Below, piece after piece: positions 29,824 to 39,675 of a DNA stretch of 64,000 nt. Source of the DNA: Minisyncoccota bacterium (GTDB lineage: Bacteria > Patescibacteriota > Minisyncoccia > JBAYJV01). The stretch covers positions 200,302 to 264,301 of the forward strand of contig JBAYJV010000002.1 in the NCBI GenBank assembly GCA_041664925.1, written 5' to 3'. Position 1 is the first letter of the stretch, and every line of letters begins with the position of its first letter. A program made the position numbers and the translations under genes. The notes under the pieces are model-generated. The model was not told where the DNA came from, did no database searches, and was given only the letters and a program-made list of their open reading frames with translations.

Positions 29824-31041
29824 ATGTCAAATTTCGATTTTAAAATTTTAAAAACATCGAGGAAATCTCTTGCCAGAAGAGGCGTTATTGTAACTCCGCA
29901 TGGTGAAATTGAAACACCAGCTTTTGTGCCTGTTGCCACTCAAGCTGCTCTTAAGGGATTGAGTCCTGACGAATTAAAATCATTAGAAGTTCAAATTATT
30001 TTTGCCAATACTTATCATCTTTTTTTAAGACCCGGCGAAAGTATTGTTAAAAAAATGGGTGGGTTGCATAAGTTTATGAATTGGAACGGTCCGATTATTA
30101 CCGACTCGGGCGGATTTCAGGTTTTCTCCTTAGGAGCTGGACTTGAAGAAGGAGTGGGAAAAATTGCCTCAATTTTTCCAGAAGAAAAGTTAAACAAAAT
30201 ATCAAATTACAAATTTCAAATTTCAAATAAATCTCAGATTCTAAATTCTAAATTCAAAATTCAAAATTCCAATAATAAGAATAGAATAAAGATTACTGAA
30301 GATGGCGTTGAATTCAGATCGCATATTGATGGCCAAAAAATTCTTTTAACCCCCGAGAAATCAATTCAGATTCAAAGAGACTTGGGCGCTGATTTCATTT
30401 TAGCTTTTGATGAATGTACCTCGCCGCTCGCTGACTATGAATACACCAAGAGCTCAATGGAGCGTACTCATCGCTGGGCGACTCGATCTTTGAATGCATT
30501 CAAAATTCCAAATTCTAAATTCAAAATTCAGCAAAGAATATATGGCATTGTTCAGGGTGGAGCATATAGAGATTTAAGAGAAGAATCGGCCAAATTCATT
30601 GGTAAGATGGATTTTTTTGGAATAGCCATTGGCGGATCGTTGGGAAAATCAAAAAAAGATATGCATAACATCCTTGATTGGACCGTGCCTTTGCTTCCTG
30701 AAAAAAAACCTCGACACCTTTTGGGGATTGGCGGAATTGAAGATATTTTAGAAGGAGTAAAAAGGGGAGTGGATACATTTGATTGTGTCGAGCCAACAAG
30801 AATCGCCAGAAATGGAAATCTTTTAACAAAAAAAGGGCGATTAAATATTCTAAATGCCCGTTATCGTACCGATAAAAATCCCATTGAAAAGGGTTGCCAA
30901 TGCTATACTTGCCAAAACCATTCTCGCGCTTATTTAAGGCATCTCTTTTGGGCGAAAGAAATGCTGGGGCCACGGCTTGCGACTATTCACAATTTGCATT
31001 TTATGATGAAATTAATGAAAGAGATCCGAGAAAATATTTAA
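29824..31041 (+). CDS. tgt: tRNA-guanine transglycosylase
   Basis: TPHGEIETPAFVPV, NTYHL, TDSGGFQVFSL, GIVQGG, PRHLLGIG, DTFDCV.PTR, CQCYTC, HNL. Confidence 0.96.
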   Translation: MSNFDFKILKTSRKSLARRGVIVTPHGEIETPAFVPVATQAALKGLSPDELKSLEVQIIFANTYHLFLRPGESIVKKMGGLHKFMNWNGPIITDSGGFQVFSLGAGLEEGVGKIASIFPEEKLNKISNYKFQISNKSQILNSKFKIQNSNNKNRIKITEDGVEFRSHIDGQKILLTPEKSIQIQRDLGADFILAFDECTSPLADYEYTKSSMERTHRWATRSLNAFKIPNSKFKIQQRIYGIVQGGAYRDLREESAKFIGKMDFFGIAIGGSLGKSKKDMHNILDWTVPLLPEKKPRHLLGIGGIEDILEGVKRGVDTFDCVEPTRIARNGNLLTKKGRLNILNARYRTDKNPIEKGCQCYTCQNHSRAYLRHLFWAKEMLGPRLATIHNLHFMMKLMKEIRENI

Positions 31042-31084
31042 ACGAAGAATTAAATCGGAGGCTCAGTCTCCGATTTTTGATACA

Positions 31085-31121
31085 AATTAAAAAAGTCCGC
31101 CACACTGGACGGACTTTCGTT
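31085..31121 (-). terminator. intrinsic terminator duplicated at 32212-32248
   Basis: AATTAAAAAAGTCCGCCACACTGGACGGACTTTCGTT; 35/37 identity to second copy. Confidence 0.85.
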
Positions 31122-31126
31122 CAAAT

Positions 31127-31759
31127 CTATGGATTCTTGCTAAACACAGAAGGATCAACAATCTGCCCTACTTGTCCTCCGATAAATTCCTTCAGCAACG
31201 CTTCGCGTTCTCTTGTCTGAGTATAAGTCATGACAGAAATAAGACCTTTCAATCCTTTAATCAATCGCTCTGCCTGTTCTGCTCTGTTTTGTGTAACTTC
31301 TAGATTTCTTCTTAGTTCAGAATTTTCTCTTTTGATTTCATCGATCTTTTCCCCGCTTCTTTCAAGATCCAGATAAACTCCATTCAGCCTGTTTATTGCT
31401 TCATCATAGAGATTTCGATGAACATGCGTCTTGTAAATATCGTCAAGAACTTCTGCTACGGCCACTTGCAAAACAAATTCTTCGGGTATGTTGTCCTTCA
31501 GTTTCTGACAGATATTGATCACCAAAATTTTTCCCCATCCATCAAAGCGCTCAATTAACTCACCATGATCAATATTATCAATAAGATCATAGTGTCTAAG
31601 CAACGCATACGCTAACTTAACAGCCTTAAAAACAATCGCTTTTGAACACTTGGCTTCTTCTGCGATTTTTTCAAGAACACCTTCGGCAAAACTGCCATAC
31701 CTTAAAACTCGCCTTTTCTTGGTAGCTACGGTTGCACTACCGTCAGTAGACTCTCTCAT
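31127..31759 (-). CDS. hypothetical protein with C-terminal coiled coil
   Basis: AAAGGAGG SD, promoter 31796-31824, terminator 31085-31121. Confidence 0.8.
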   Translation of the reverse strand: MRESTDGSATVATKKRRVLRYGSFAEGVLEKIAEEAKCSKAIVFKAVKLAYALLRHYDLIDNIDHGELIERFDGWGKILVINICQKLKDNIPEEFVLQVAVAEVLDDIYKTHVHRNLYDEAINRLNGVYLDLERSGEKIDEIKRENSELRRNLEVTQNRAEQAERLIKGLKGLISVMTYTQTREREALLKEFIGGQVGQIVDPSVFSKNP

Positions 31760-31932
31760 TTTGTTCCTCCTTTGGAACTTTTGAGAACTACTAAAATCCT
31801 ATTACATTCATCTGTATTTGTCAACAATTTATCCGAGATATGTGGGAGGCTGAGCCTCCCACATATTTCTTTTCTTTGCTTTTTTTAATAGAAAGAAAAA
31901 AGTCTGCTTGTTTTTTTTAAGCAGACTTTTAT

Positions 31933-32148
31933 TTATTTCGTAAAATGTTCCCATGCACTTTTAGATCCAAGAACGATTGTTATGGCAATACCCCCAACAG
32001 CTATAGCTACTGGTATGGTTTCAAAAGGAAACCCATCATAATGTACGAAAGCTTCCACGAGCCGATAGATAAGCCAAGAAATTGCAGCTCCCCCAAGAAC
32101 AGTAACTAAGATTATACAACCTATCGCCCTTAGATAGTTAAAGAACAT
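31933..32148 (-). CDS. small 2-TM hypothetical protein
   Basis: AAGGAGG SD, TTGACA promoter near 32206, terminator AAAAGTCTGCTT..AAGCAGACTTTT. Confidence 0.75.
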   Translation of the reverse strand: MFFNYLRAIGCIILVTVLGGAAISWLIYRLVEAFVHYDGFPFETIPVAIAVGGIAITIVLGSKSAWEHFTK

Positions 32149-32247
32149 TTCTGCCTCCTTTGGCTTGACAATAATTTTATCATACTATTTTAAACTTATT
32201 TGTCAATAATTAATTAAAAAAGTCCGCCACGCTGGACGGACCTTCGT

Positions 32248-32529
32248 TTATTCCATTGTTCTTAAAAGAGCTTTAAACTCATCAATTGTCATGCTGACGC
32301 TTAAGAAAACACGCTCATCCGACTCAATTGGCCCAGGAGGAAGCGTAATGTAAACTATCTTAACTTCGACAGTCGAGCTATTATCTTTTATAGAAGCGCT
32401 AATACGGATAATTGCATCGCTTAAGTTAAGAATATTAACTTCAAGTTTACAAATTTCGGCTAATATTAGTCTTCGCCCATTTTCTCTAAACTCCTTGTTT
32501 TTCCTTCCTTCGAGTAGATCGATTTTCAT
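32248..32529 (-). CDS. hypothetical protein
   Basis: AAAAGGAG SD, promoter 32560-32588, terminator 32212-32248. Confidence 0.75.
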   Translation of the reverse strand: MKIDLLEGRKNKEFRENGRRLILAEICKLEVNILNLSDAIIRISASIKDNSSTVEVKIVYITLPPGPIESDERVFLSVSMTIDEFKALLRTME

Positions 32530-32609
32530 TTTTCTCCTTTTGTTTTAAGAACTATAAATATCCTATTATATTCATCCCTCTCTGTCAATAAAACAACTCA
32601 GCAATTACA

Positions 32610-32800
32610 CCCTCCTTCGCCCGCCTGCCTGCCGGTAGGCAGGGCTTACCGGAGCTTCGGAAGGGCAAGCAACGAAACAATAATAAAAAGTAATAAATTC
32701 AAATTACCCCGCACCGGGGCGTCCTGTAGCAAAACAAGTTCGCTACAGGATTCTGAATTTTGTTTCTCCTCGCAAGCTCGAAGGCAAAATTCGAATTATC
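32610..32800. repeat. cluster of REP-like palindromes
   Basis: CCTTCGCCCG[CCTGCCTGCCGGTAGGCAGG]GCTT..CGGAAGG; TCCTGTAGC..GCTACAGGA; GAATTTTG..CAAAATTC. Confidence 0.75.
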
Positions 32801-32871
32801 CACAATTGACTCTTGTAAAAATTTCGCTAGGCTGAGAATAGTACCTAAAAAAACGAGCTAAAGGAGGAAAA

Positions 32872-33459
32872 ATGTCCGCAACAGATCCTCAGTTAGAAGT
32901 TATTACTGGCTGCATGTTTTCTGGTAAAACTGAAGAGTTAATTCGTAGACTTGAACGAGTCCGAATCGCTCACGGAGAAATTCTTCTTTTTAAACCAACT
33001 ATCGATGATCGTTATAGTACTACTTCGGTAATGACTCACTATGGCCGAGAATTTCCTGCTCATCTCCTTGCTCCTGGGGAAGAGACAATGGAAAATTTGG
33101 AACGAATTGTTGGTCATGATGCAATCGAAAAAGCTGCTGTTATTGCTTTTGATGAAGGAAATTTCTTCTCTGAGCTCCTTCCTCAACTTTGCCAAGAACT
33201 TGTTGATCTTGGAAAAAGAGTAATTGTAAGTGGCCTTGATTTAACTTTCGCCGCAGAACCATTCGGTCCCATGCCAACATTAATGGCTCTTGCCGAAAAA
33301 GTAGACAAGCTTGTTGCTGTTTGCGTGAAATGTGGCGGTGAAGCTACAAGATCACAAAGACTTGTAGATGGAAAACCTGCACCGTCAAACGGTGAAGTGA
33401 TTAAGGTTGGAGGATTGGGTTCATACGAAGCTCGTTGTAGATTGTGTCATGAGGTATGA
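32872..33459 (+). CDS. tdk: thymidine kinase
   Basis: GCMFSGKTEELIRR, FKPTIDDRY, DEGNFF, GLD..F, CVKC, YEARCRLCH. Confidence 0.95.
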   Translation: MSATDPQLEVITGCMFSGKTEELIRRLERVRIAHGEILLFKPTIDDRYSTTSVMTHYGREFPAHLLAPGEETMENLERIVGHDAIEKAAVIAFDEGNFFSELLPQLCQELVDLGKRVIVSGLDLTFAAEPFGPMPTLMALAEKVDKLVAVCVKCGGEATRSQRLVDGKPAPSNGEVIKVGGLGSYEARCRLCHEV

Positions 33460-33605
33460 TACTAATCTAGAGGATGTCAGAAAGCATCCTCTTTTTTTAT
33501 TTACCTGCTGTTGAAAACTCGAGTACCATTAAAACCAATATCTGGTATAATAGTTATAGGAGGCATAAGCCATCATAGTTTTCGTTTTTCAAACGAAATA
33601 TAGCA

Positions 33606-34862
33606 ATGATTATTAAAAATTTTACAAAACTTGCTTCAACGCCAGAGAGAAAAATCGCTCTCGATGTTGCCAATGCCGGCATTGAGGCTATTACCCCTGA
33701 TAAGGTTATAAAAGAAAATATTCGCTTGGACAAAAGCGTTCTAACTATAAAAAATAAAAGTTTTGATTTAAAGGAAATAAAAAATATTTATGTAATTGGC
33801 GTTGGAAAAGCAGCGTTTGAAACTGGATCAGCCCTTGAAAAAGTTTTAGGCGATAAAATCACTGAAGGCATTTTACTTGATATCAATAAAGGAAAACTCA
33901 AGCATCTTGAATCTTTCGTTGGTACCCACCCCTTACCGTCAGAAGAAAATATCAGGGTTTCAAAAAAAATTGTTAAGCTGGTTGAAAAAGCAACAAAGGA
34001 TGATTTGATAATTGCCTTAATTTCTGGAGGAGCTTCTGCGTTGTTTTGCCTGCCTCAAAAAGCTTCTGTTCAACGCATGGCATCGCTAACAAATCGCCTT
34101 TTGCGATCTGGGGCCGATATTTATGAAGTTAATACTGTCAGAAAACATTTATCCCAAGTTAAGGGAGGGGGATTAGCAAAATTCGCTTATCCAGCAAAAG
34201 TAGTAAGTTTAATTTTTTCTGATGTTCCCGGCGACGATCTTTCATTTATTGCTTCTGGTCCGACTGTCAAAGATGAAACTACAAAAATTGATGCTCAAAG
34301 AATTATAAAAAAATACGATATTAGAACTAATTCTAAGCTCTTTGAGACTCCAAAAGATAAAAAATACTTTGAAAATGTTACTAATATATTATTGCTTTCT
34401 GGAAGATACGCTATTGAAGCAATGCAAAAGAGATGTCAAGAACTGAAAGTACCTTGCACAGTTTATTCCTATGCTTTAAGAGGTGAGGCAAAAATTGTTG
34501 GTCGCAAGCTTTTACAAAGATTGCCAAAATCAGGAATTATGGTCGCCTCAGGAGAAACAACGGTTAAGGTTGAAGGGAAAGGAAAGGGAGGAAGAAATGA
34601 AGAATTGGTTTTGGGCGCTTTGCCTTATTTAGAAAAAACTGTTTTTATCTCATTGGCCTCTGATGGTTTGGATAATAGTGAAGCGGCAGGAGCAATCGGC
34701 GATGAAGATTCTTTGAAAAAATCTCAGGTAAAAAATTTAAATTGGCGGGAATATATAGACAATAATGATTCGTTTCACTTCTTTAAAAAACTGGATGATT
34801 TAATTATTACTGGTCCAACAGGAACAAATGTGTCCGATTTAATCGTGATATACAAAAAGTAA
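33606..34862 (+). CDS. glycerate 2-kinase (DUF4147/MOFRL)
   Basis: GVGKAA, HPLP, ISGGASAL, NTVRKHLSQVKGGGLA, SDVPGDD, GETTV, GGRNEE, TGPTGTNVSD. Confidence 0.92.
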   Translation: MIIKNFTKLASTPERKIALDVANAGIEAITPDKVIKENIRLDKSVLTIKNKSFDLKEIKNIYVIGVGKAAFETGSALEKVLGDKITEGILLDINKGKLKHLESFVGTHPLPSEENIRVSKKIVKLVEKATKDDLIIALISGGASALFCLPQKASVQRMASLTNRLLRSGADIYEVNTVRKHLSQVKGGGLAKFAYPAKVVSLIFSDVPGDDLSFIASGPTVKDETTKIDAQRIIKKYDIRTNSKLFETPKDKKYFENVTNILLLSGRYAIEAMQKRCQELKVPCTVYSYALRGEAKIVGRKLLQRLPKSGIMVASGETTVKVEGKGKGGRNEELVLGALPYLEKTVFISLASDGLDNSEAAGAIGDEDSLKKSQVKNLNWREYIDNNDSFHFFKKLDDLIITGPTGTNVSDLIVIYKK

Positions 34863-34876
34863 ATACAAATTAGCAT

Positions 34877-35025
34877 AAATCCGAAATCCAAAGTACGAAA
34901 TTCGAAACAATATTTAAGTCCAAAATTATAAATTCAAAATAGTTTAGATCATTAATATTAGAATTTTGAATTCCTGTCTGCCGACAGGCAGGTGTTTCGA
35001 ATTTCGTGCTTCGAATTTCGAGTTT
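34877..35025. repeat. 7-nt periodic inverted repeat carrying a CCTGTCTGCCGACAGGCAGG insertion (34973-34992)
   Basis: Arms AAAGTACGAAATTCGAAACA / TGTTTCGAATTTCGTGCTT; palindrome interrupts the right arm. Confidence 0.85.
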
Positions 35026-35069
35026 GTCTAAAATTTTCACTTTCACTTTAAACTTTTAATTTTATAAAC

Positions 35070-37535
35070 ATGGAGGAAAAAAAAGACAAGTTTCTTATCT
35101 GGTTCAAAGATCTTTCGATTGAAGATACGCCTTTGGTTGGTGGAAAGAACGCTGCCTTGGGAGAAATGTATGGAAGCTTAACTAAGTTAGGAATTAATAT
35201 CCCTAATGGTTTTGCCTTAACTTCAAAAGCTTATTGGCATTTTCTTAATTCAAGCGGCATTAAAACTGAGATTGAAAATGTTTTGACGGGATTAGATCAT
35301 AACGACATTCCTGATCTTCAAAGAAGGGGAGAGAAAATCAGACAGATTATTTTGGATGCAGAACTTCCACAAGATCTTAAGGATATTATTAAAGAAGCTT
35401 ATCTTGAATTATCAAGTAGTGGCGGAAAAGATGTTGCCGTTAGATCATCAGCAACAGCCGAGGATCTTCCCACGGCTTCATTTGCTGGTCAGCAAGAAAC
35501 ATTTTTAAATATTAGAGGGGTTGAAGCAGTAGTCTACGCCACTAAGAGATGCATTGCTTCTTTATTCACTAATCGAGCAATTTCTTATAGGGCTGATCAA
35601 GGATTTTCTCAAACCTCAGTGGCTTTGAGCGTTGGTGTTCAAAAAATGATTCGTTCAGACAAGGGCGCATCGGGCGTTAATTTCACTATTGATCCTGAAA
35701 CGGGACTCAAAAATATAATTTACATAACAAGCACTTGGGGTCTTGGAGAGACAATTGTTCAAGGACGAGTTGAAGGAGATCAGTTTTATGTTTTCAAAGA
35801 CGGCCTAAAGAAAGGGTTCCGCGCTATTGTTTCTAAAAAAATGGGGTCAAAGGAAAGAAAATTAGTTTATGATGAAGGAGGAGGAAAGCATACAAAAGAA
35901 GTTTCGGTAGAAAAATCAGATCGAGAAAAATTTACGCTTTCAGATGACGAAATTATCCAACTCGCAAAATGGTCATTAATGATTGAGGAGCACTTTACCA
36001 AGCACGCCAAAGAAGAACGACCGATGGATATTGAATGGGCAAAAGATGGTATTACTGGAGAAATTTTTATTGTTCAGGCTCGTCCCGAAACTGTTCAATC
36101 ACAAAAAAGTATAAATAGTTTTTCAAATTATTATTTCCCGATACAACCACCAAAGAAAGATTTGATTGTTACGGGAGATGCTATTGGTAGTAAAATTACC
36201 AGCGGCAGTCCTCGTATTATTAAAGGCATTGAGGGAATCAATCAGTTCCGAAAAGGAGAAATTTTAGTTACCGAAATGACCGATCCAGATTGGGAACCAA
36301 TTATGAAAGAGGCGGCAGCGATCATTACTAATAAAGGTGGCCGCACTTCTCATGCAGCGATTGTTTCTCGCGAACTTGGTATTCCGGCCGTTGTCGGCAC
36401 AGGAAATGCTACAGAATTAATCAAAGATGGATCGACAATTACCGTTGATTGTTCGAGTCCTGATATCGGAAAAATCTATAAAGGAAAACACGAATTCAGC
36501 GAACAAAAATATGAGCTTAAAAAAATCCCAAAAACAGAAACTAAGCTTATGCTGAATATTGGCTCGCCAGATCAAGCTTTGATTTATCATTCATTGCCGG
36601 TTCAAGGTGTCGGCTTGGCGCGAGAAGAATTTATTATTGCTTCAGAAATAAAAATTCACCCAATGGCATTAATTCAGTATGAAAAAATTAAGTCTGAAGC
36701 CAAAAGCACGAAATCGGATATAAATAAGGAATACAAGACCAATAAATCAACCCTCAAAAAAATCATTAAAGAGATTGATGAATTGACAAAAGATTACAGC
36801 GATAAGAAAGAATATTATATCAATAAACTTGCATCAGGGGTTGCAAAAATCGGAGTTGCCTTTTGGCCAAGACCAGTAATTGTAAGATTTTCCGACTTCA
36901 AAACTAACGAATATCGTACCCTGATTGGCGGAGAAATTTTTGAACCAGCTGAAGAAAATCCTATGATTGGCTGGCGTGGCGCTTCAAGATACTATTCTCC
37001 AAACTTTGAAGAAGCATTTGGCCTAGAAGTAAAAGCGATTAAAAGAGTTCGCGAAGAAATTGGACTAGATAATGTCAATGTTATGGTGCCATTTTGCCGC
37101 ACACCTGAAGAAGGAAATAAAGTGGTTAAGCTTATTGAGAAATACGGACTTGAAAGAAAAAATCTTAAGGTTTATGTAATGTGCGAAATACCTTCAAATG
37201 TTATTCAAGCTTACGAATTTCTTGAAATATTTGATGGATTTTCTATCGGTTCAAACGATTTAGCGCAATTAACTCTTGGTATTGATCGAGATAATGCAAC
37301 TCTTTCTGGGATTGCTAATGAGAATAATGATTCAGTTAAAGAATTGGTTCGCATTGCTATTTCTGTTGCCAGAGAACAAAAGAAATATTCTGGTATTTGC
37401 GGTCAAGCGCCGAGCGATTTTCCAGACTTTGCTGAATTCCTGGTAAAAAACAAAATTGAATCCATCTCTCTTAATCCCGATACGGTAGTGCCTTTGATTG
37501 AAAAAGTCGCAAAGTGGGAAAAGAAATACTATTAG
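35070..37535 (+). CDS. ppsA: phosphoenolpyruvate synthase
   Basis: VGGKNAALGEM, VAVRSSATAED, FAGQQET, DIEWA, GGRTSHAAIVSRE, RFSDFKTNEY, GFSIGSNDL, ICGQAPSD. Confidence 0.97.
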   Translation: MEEKKDKFLIWFKDLSIEDTPLVGGKNAALGEMYGSLTKLGINIPNGFALTSKAYWHFLNSSGIKTEIENVLTGLDHNDIPDLQRRGEKIRQIILDAELPQDLKDIIKEAYLELSSSGGKDVAVRSSATAEDLPTASFAGQQETFLNIRGVEAVVYATKRCIASLFTNRAISYRADQGFSQTSVALSVGVQKMIRSDKGASGVNFTIDPETGLKNIIYITSTWGLGETIVQGRVEGDQFYVFKDGLKKGFRAIVSKKMGSKERKLVYDEGGGKHTKEVSVEKSDREKFTLSDDEIIQLAKWSLMIEEHFTKHAKEERPMDIEWAKDGITGEIFIVQARPETVQSQKSINSFSNYYFPIQPPKKDLIVTGDAIGSKITSGSPRIIKGIEGINQFRKGEILVTEMTDPDWEPIMKEAAAIITNKGGRTSHAAIVSRELGIPAVVGTGNATELIKDGSTITVDCSSPDIGKIYKGKHEFSEQKYELKKIPKTETKLMLNIGSPDQALIYHSLPVQGVGLAREEFIIASEIKIHPMALIQYEKIKSEAKSTKSDINKEYKTNKSTLKKIIKEIDELTKDYSDKKEYYINKLASGVAKIGVAFWPRPVIVRFSDFKTNEYRTLIGGEIFEPAEENPMIGWRGASRYYSPNFEEAFGLEVKAIKRVREEIGLDNVNVMVPFCRTPEEGNKVVKLIEKYGLERKNLKVYVMCEIPSNVIQAYEFLEIFDGFSIGSNDLAQLTLGIDRDNATLSGIANENNDSVKELVRIAISVAREQKKYSGICGQAPSDFPDFAEFLVKNKIESISLNPDTVVPLIEKVAKWEKKYY

Positions 37536-37580
37536 GCAATATTCAATTATCAACTATCAATTTTCGACCAATGGTAATAT

Positions 37581-37685
37581 TTACTGAGGTCCGACTTCAA
37601 TAAATTCGAATGTCATTTTGAGTAGCTTGATTGATTCAATAAACTCACAACAAGCAAGCTCACTATAAATTCTGCGAAGAATCCT
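37581..37685. repeat. composite REP-like element (half of a GTCATTCTGA-type element) abutting the next start codon
   Basis: GAGGTCCGACTTC + GTCATTTTGAG...AAGCTCACTATAAATTCTGCGAAGAATCCT then ATG. Confidence 0.7.
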
Positions 37686-38213
37686 ATGAGAAAAATAAGT
37701 ATAAAAAATATAATTCTTACCGTAGTAGTTTGTTTGCTGTTTTTTGTTGTAATTATAATCATGGCAAGTCGCCCGGGGTCAAGAAGTCGCGCTCGTGATA
37801 GTCGAAGGGTTTCTGATGTTCGTCAGATTGAATTGGCGCTTGAACTCTATTATGCCGCCCATCTCCAATATCCAGAAGTATCGACCTCAGGCCTTGCGAC
37901 CCTTGCTACCGAAGGATTTCTTAATATGAGCGGTTTTCCAACAGATCCGACAACTAGAAATCCTTATTGCTATGCCGTTGGGAAAGACCTAGCTCTTGAT
38001 CAGGGACAATATTATCACGTTGGTGCTAGACTTGAAAACAAAGACAGCGATATGCTGACTCAAGATGCAGATAATAATACTCAAAACTCAGCCAATATAA
38101 TTTGGAATTGGAATCAAAGTCCAGATTGTGGGACAAATCCGGCAAATTCAAATTTTAACGGAACAGACTCAAAAAAATCACCAATTTATGATCGTGGAGT
38201 GTTTCCAAAATAA
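37686..38213 (+). CDS. type IV pilin / GspG-like protein lacking a canonical prepilin site
   Basis: Hydrophobic N-terminus then SRARDSRRVSDVRQIELALELYY...YP, PTDP, ARLE. Confidence 0.75.
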   Translation: MRKISIKNIILTVVVCLLFFVVIIIMASRPGSRSRARDSRRVSDVRQIELALELYYAAHLQYPEVSTSGLATLATEGFLNMSGFPTDPTTRNPYCYAVGKDLALDQGQYYHVGARLENKDSDMLTQDADNNTQNSANIIWNWNQSPDCGTNPANSNFNGTDSKKSPIYDRGVFPK

Positions 38214-38232
38214 TAATTTACCAATTTAAAAT

Positions 38233-39129
38233 ATGGAAGAAGTAAAAATTTATAAACTACCAGTAACAATTGACCTGATGAAGTCTGCTTGGAAAGATTA
38301 CAAAAAAAACTGGCGAAAATTGGTACCCATTTCAGTTTTAGTTGTTATATTGGGGTATCTTTTTAATTTTCTTGATTTTTATTTTGTCCAAAATCTCATC
38401 CCTGTAGCTACTTACATTATTCAAGCAATTTTTTGGATTATTTCCAGTTTCCTTATGACTCTTGGCGCAGTTGTTTTTATTAGGGTTTTGTCGGGCAAAA
38501 AGGAAAGTATTGAAAAAATTATAAAGAAAGATTTTTCATTAATAGCGCTTTTGTTTTTAATGAAAATTGCCATGAATTTTATTATTGCCGGATCTTTTAT
38601 TCCTTTAGTTATTCCTGGTATTATCTTAGTAATTGCTTTTTCGTTTTTTTCCTTTATTGTTATTCTAGAAAGAAAAAATTGGATAGAAGGATTACTCAGA
38701 AGCAGCGACATGACAAAAGGCTTCAGGTGGGAAATATTTGGCAGATATTTTATGTTCTTTTTGTGGATGCTCTTATTTAGTTTGCCGTTCTTTATACTGT
38801 CAGATTTCTTTTCCGCAATGTTTGGTGTTCCTGAAATAAGAACTATCGCGCCTATTATCATTACTTCTTTGACATTTCCTTTTTCTATAGGATTTACTCT
38901 AAAGATGTACGATGAATTCAGCAAGATAAAACCAAAGAATCAGTTCAAGCCATCTCAAAAAGGAAAGAATTGGTATACTTTTTTCTTGATTTGGGGAGTT
39001 GTACTTTTTTTGATTGTTGCTGTTGGAAGATTTACTTATCCGAATAAAAAAATTTTTGATGAAAATTTTCTAAGAGAAAAATTTAATATTGAATTTAGCG
39101 AACCAATTGATAATATAAAATCTATTTAA
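38233..39129 (+). CDS. multi-pass membrane protein
   Basis: About 7 TM; IPGII, GLLRSSDMTKGFRWEIFGR pattern. Confidence 0.8.
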   Translation: MEEVKIYKLPVTIDLMKSAWKDYKKNWRKLVPISVLVVILGYLFNFLDFYFVQNLIPVATYIIQAIFWIISSFLMTLGAVVFIRVLSGKKESIEKIIKKDFSLIALLFLMKIAMNFIIAGSFIPLVIPGIILVIAFSFFSFIVILERKNWIEGLLRSSDMTKGFRWEIFGRYFMFFLWMLLFSLPFFILSDFFSAMFGVPEIRTIAPIIITSLTFPFSIGFTLKMYDEFSKIKPKNQFKPSQKGKNWYTFFLIWGVVLFLIVAVGRFTYPNKKIFDENFLREKFNIEFSEPIDNIKSI

Positions 39130-39147
39130 TCGTATTGTTAGCAAAAA

Positions 39148-39675
39148 ATGAAAAAGGTTTTACTTATTGTTTCAAAAGAAGATTTTAGGGACGAAGAATA
39201 TTTCCAAACAAAGGAAGTTCTGGAAGACGAAGGTCTTTTTGTAGAAACCGCTAGCAACGCACCTAATACAGCTTTTGGAGTTAGCGGGGGAGAAGCTAGG
39301 ATAGATATTGATTTAAGTGAAGTAGAAGCAAAAAATTTTGACGCTGTTGTTTTTATCGGAGGACCTGGCGCGTTAAAACACCTCGACAATGAAACATCTT
39401 ATAAAATTGCCACCGATGTTATTGATTTGGGGAATATCTTAGCAGCTATTTGTATTGCTCCTGTTATTTTGGCAAAAGCAGGGGTTCTCAAGGAAAAGCG
39501 CGCAACGGTTTGGTCGTCAGAAATGGATAAATCCGCCGTCAAAATCATTGAAAAATGCGGCGCTATTTTTGTTGACGAAGAAATTGTCGAAGATGGAAAT
39601 GTTATTACCGCAAACGGTCCAGAGGCTTCTCAAGAATTTGGATCAGTGATTGTAGAAAAATTAGTTCAAATATGA
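39148..39675 (+). CDS. DJ-1/PfpI family protein
   Basis: FRDEEY, FDAVVFIGGPG, AAICIAP, DGNVITANGP. Confidence 0.93.
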   Translation: MKKVLLIVSKEDFRDEEYFQTKEVLEDEGLFVETASNAPNTAFGVSGGEARIDIDLSEVEAKNFDAVVFIGGPGALKHLDNETSYKIATDVIDLGNILAAICIAPVILAKAGVLKEKRATVWSSEMDKSAVKIIEKCGAIFVDEEIVEDGNVITANGPEASQEFGSVIVEKLVQI

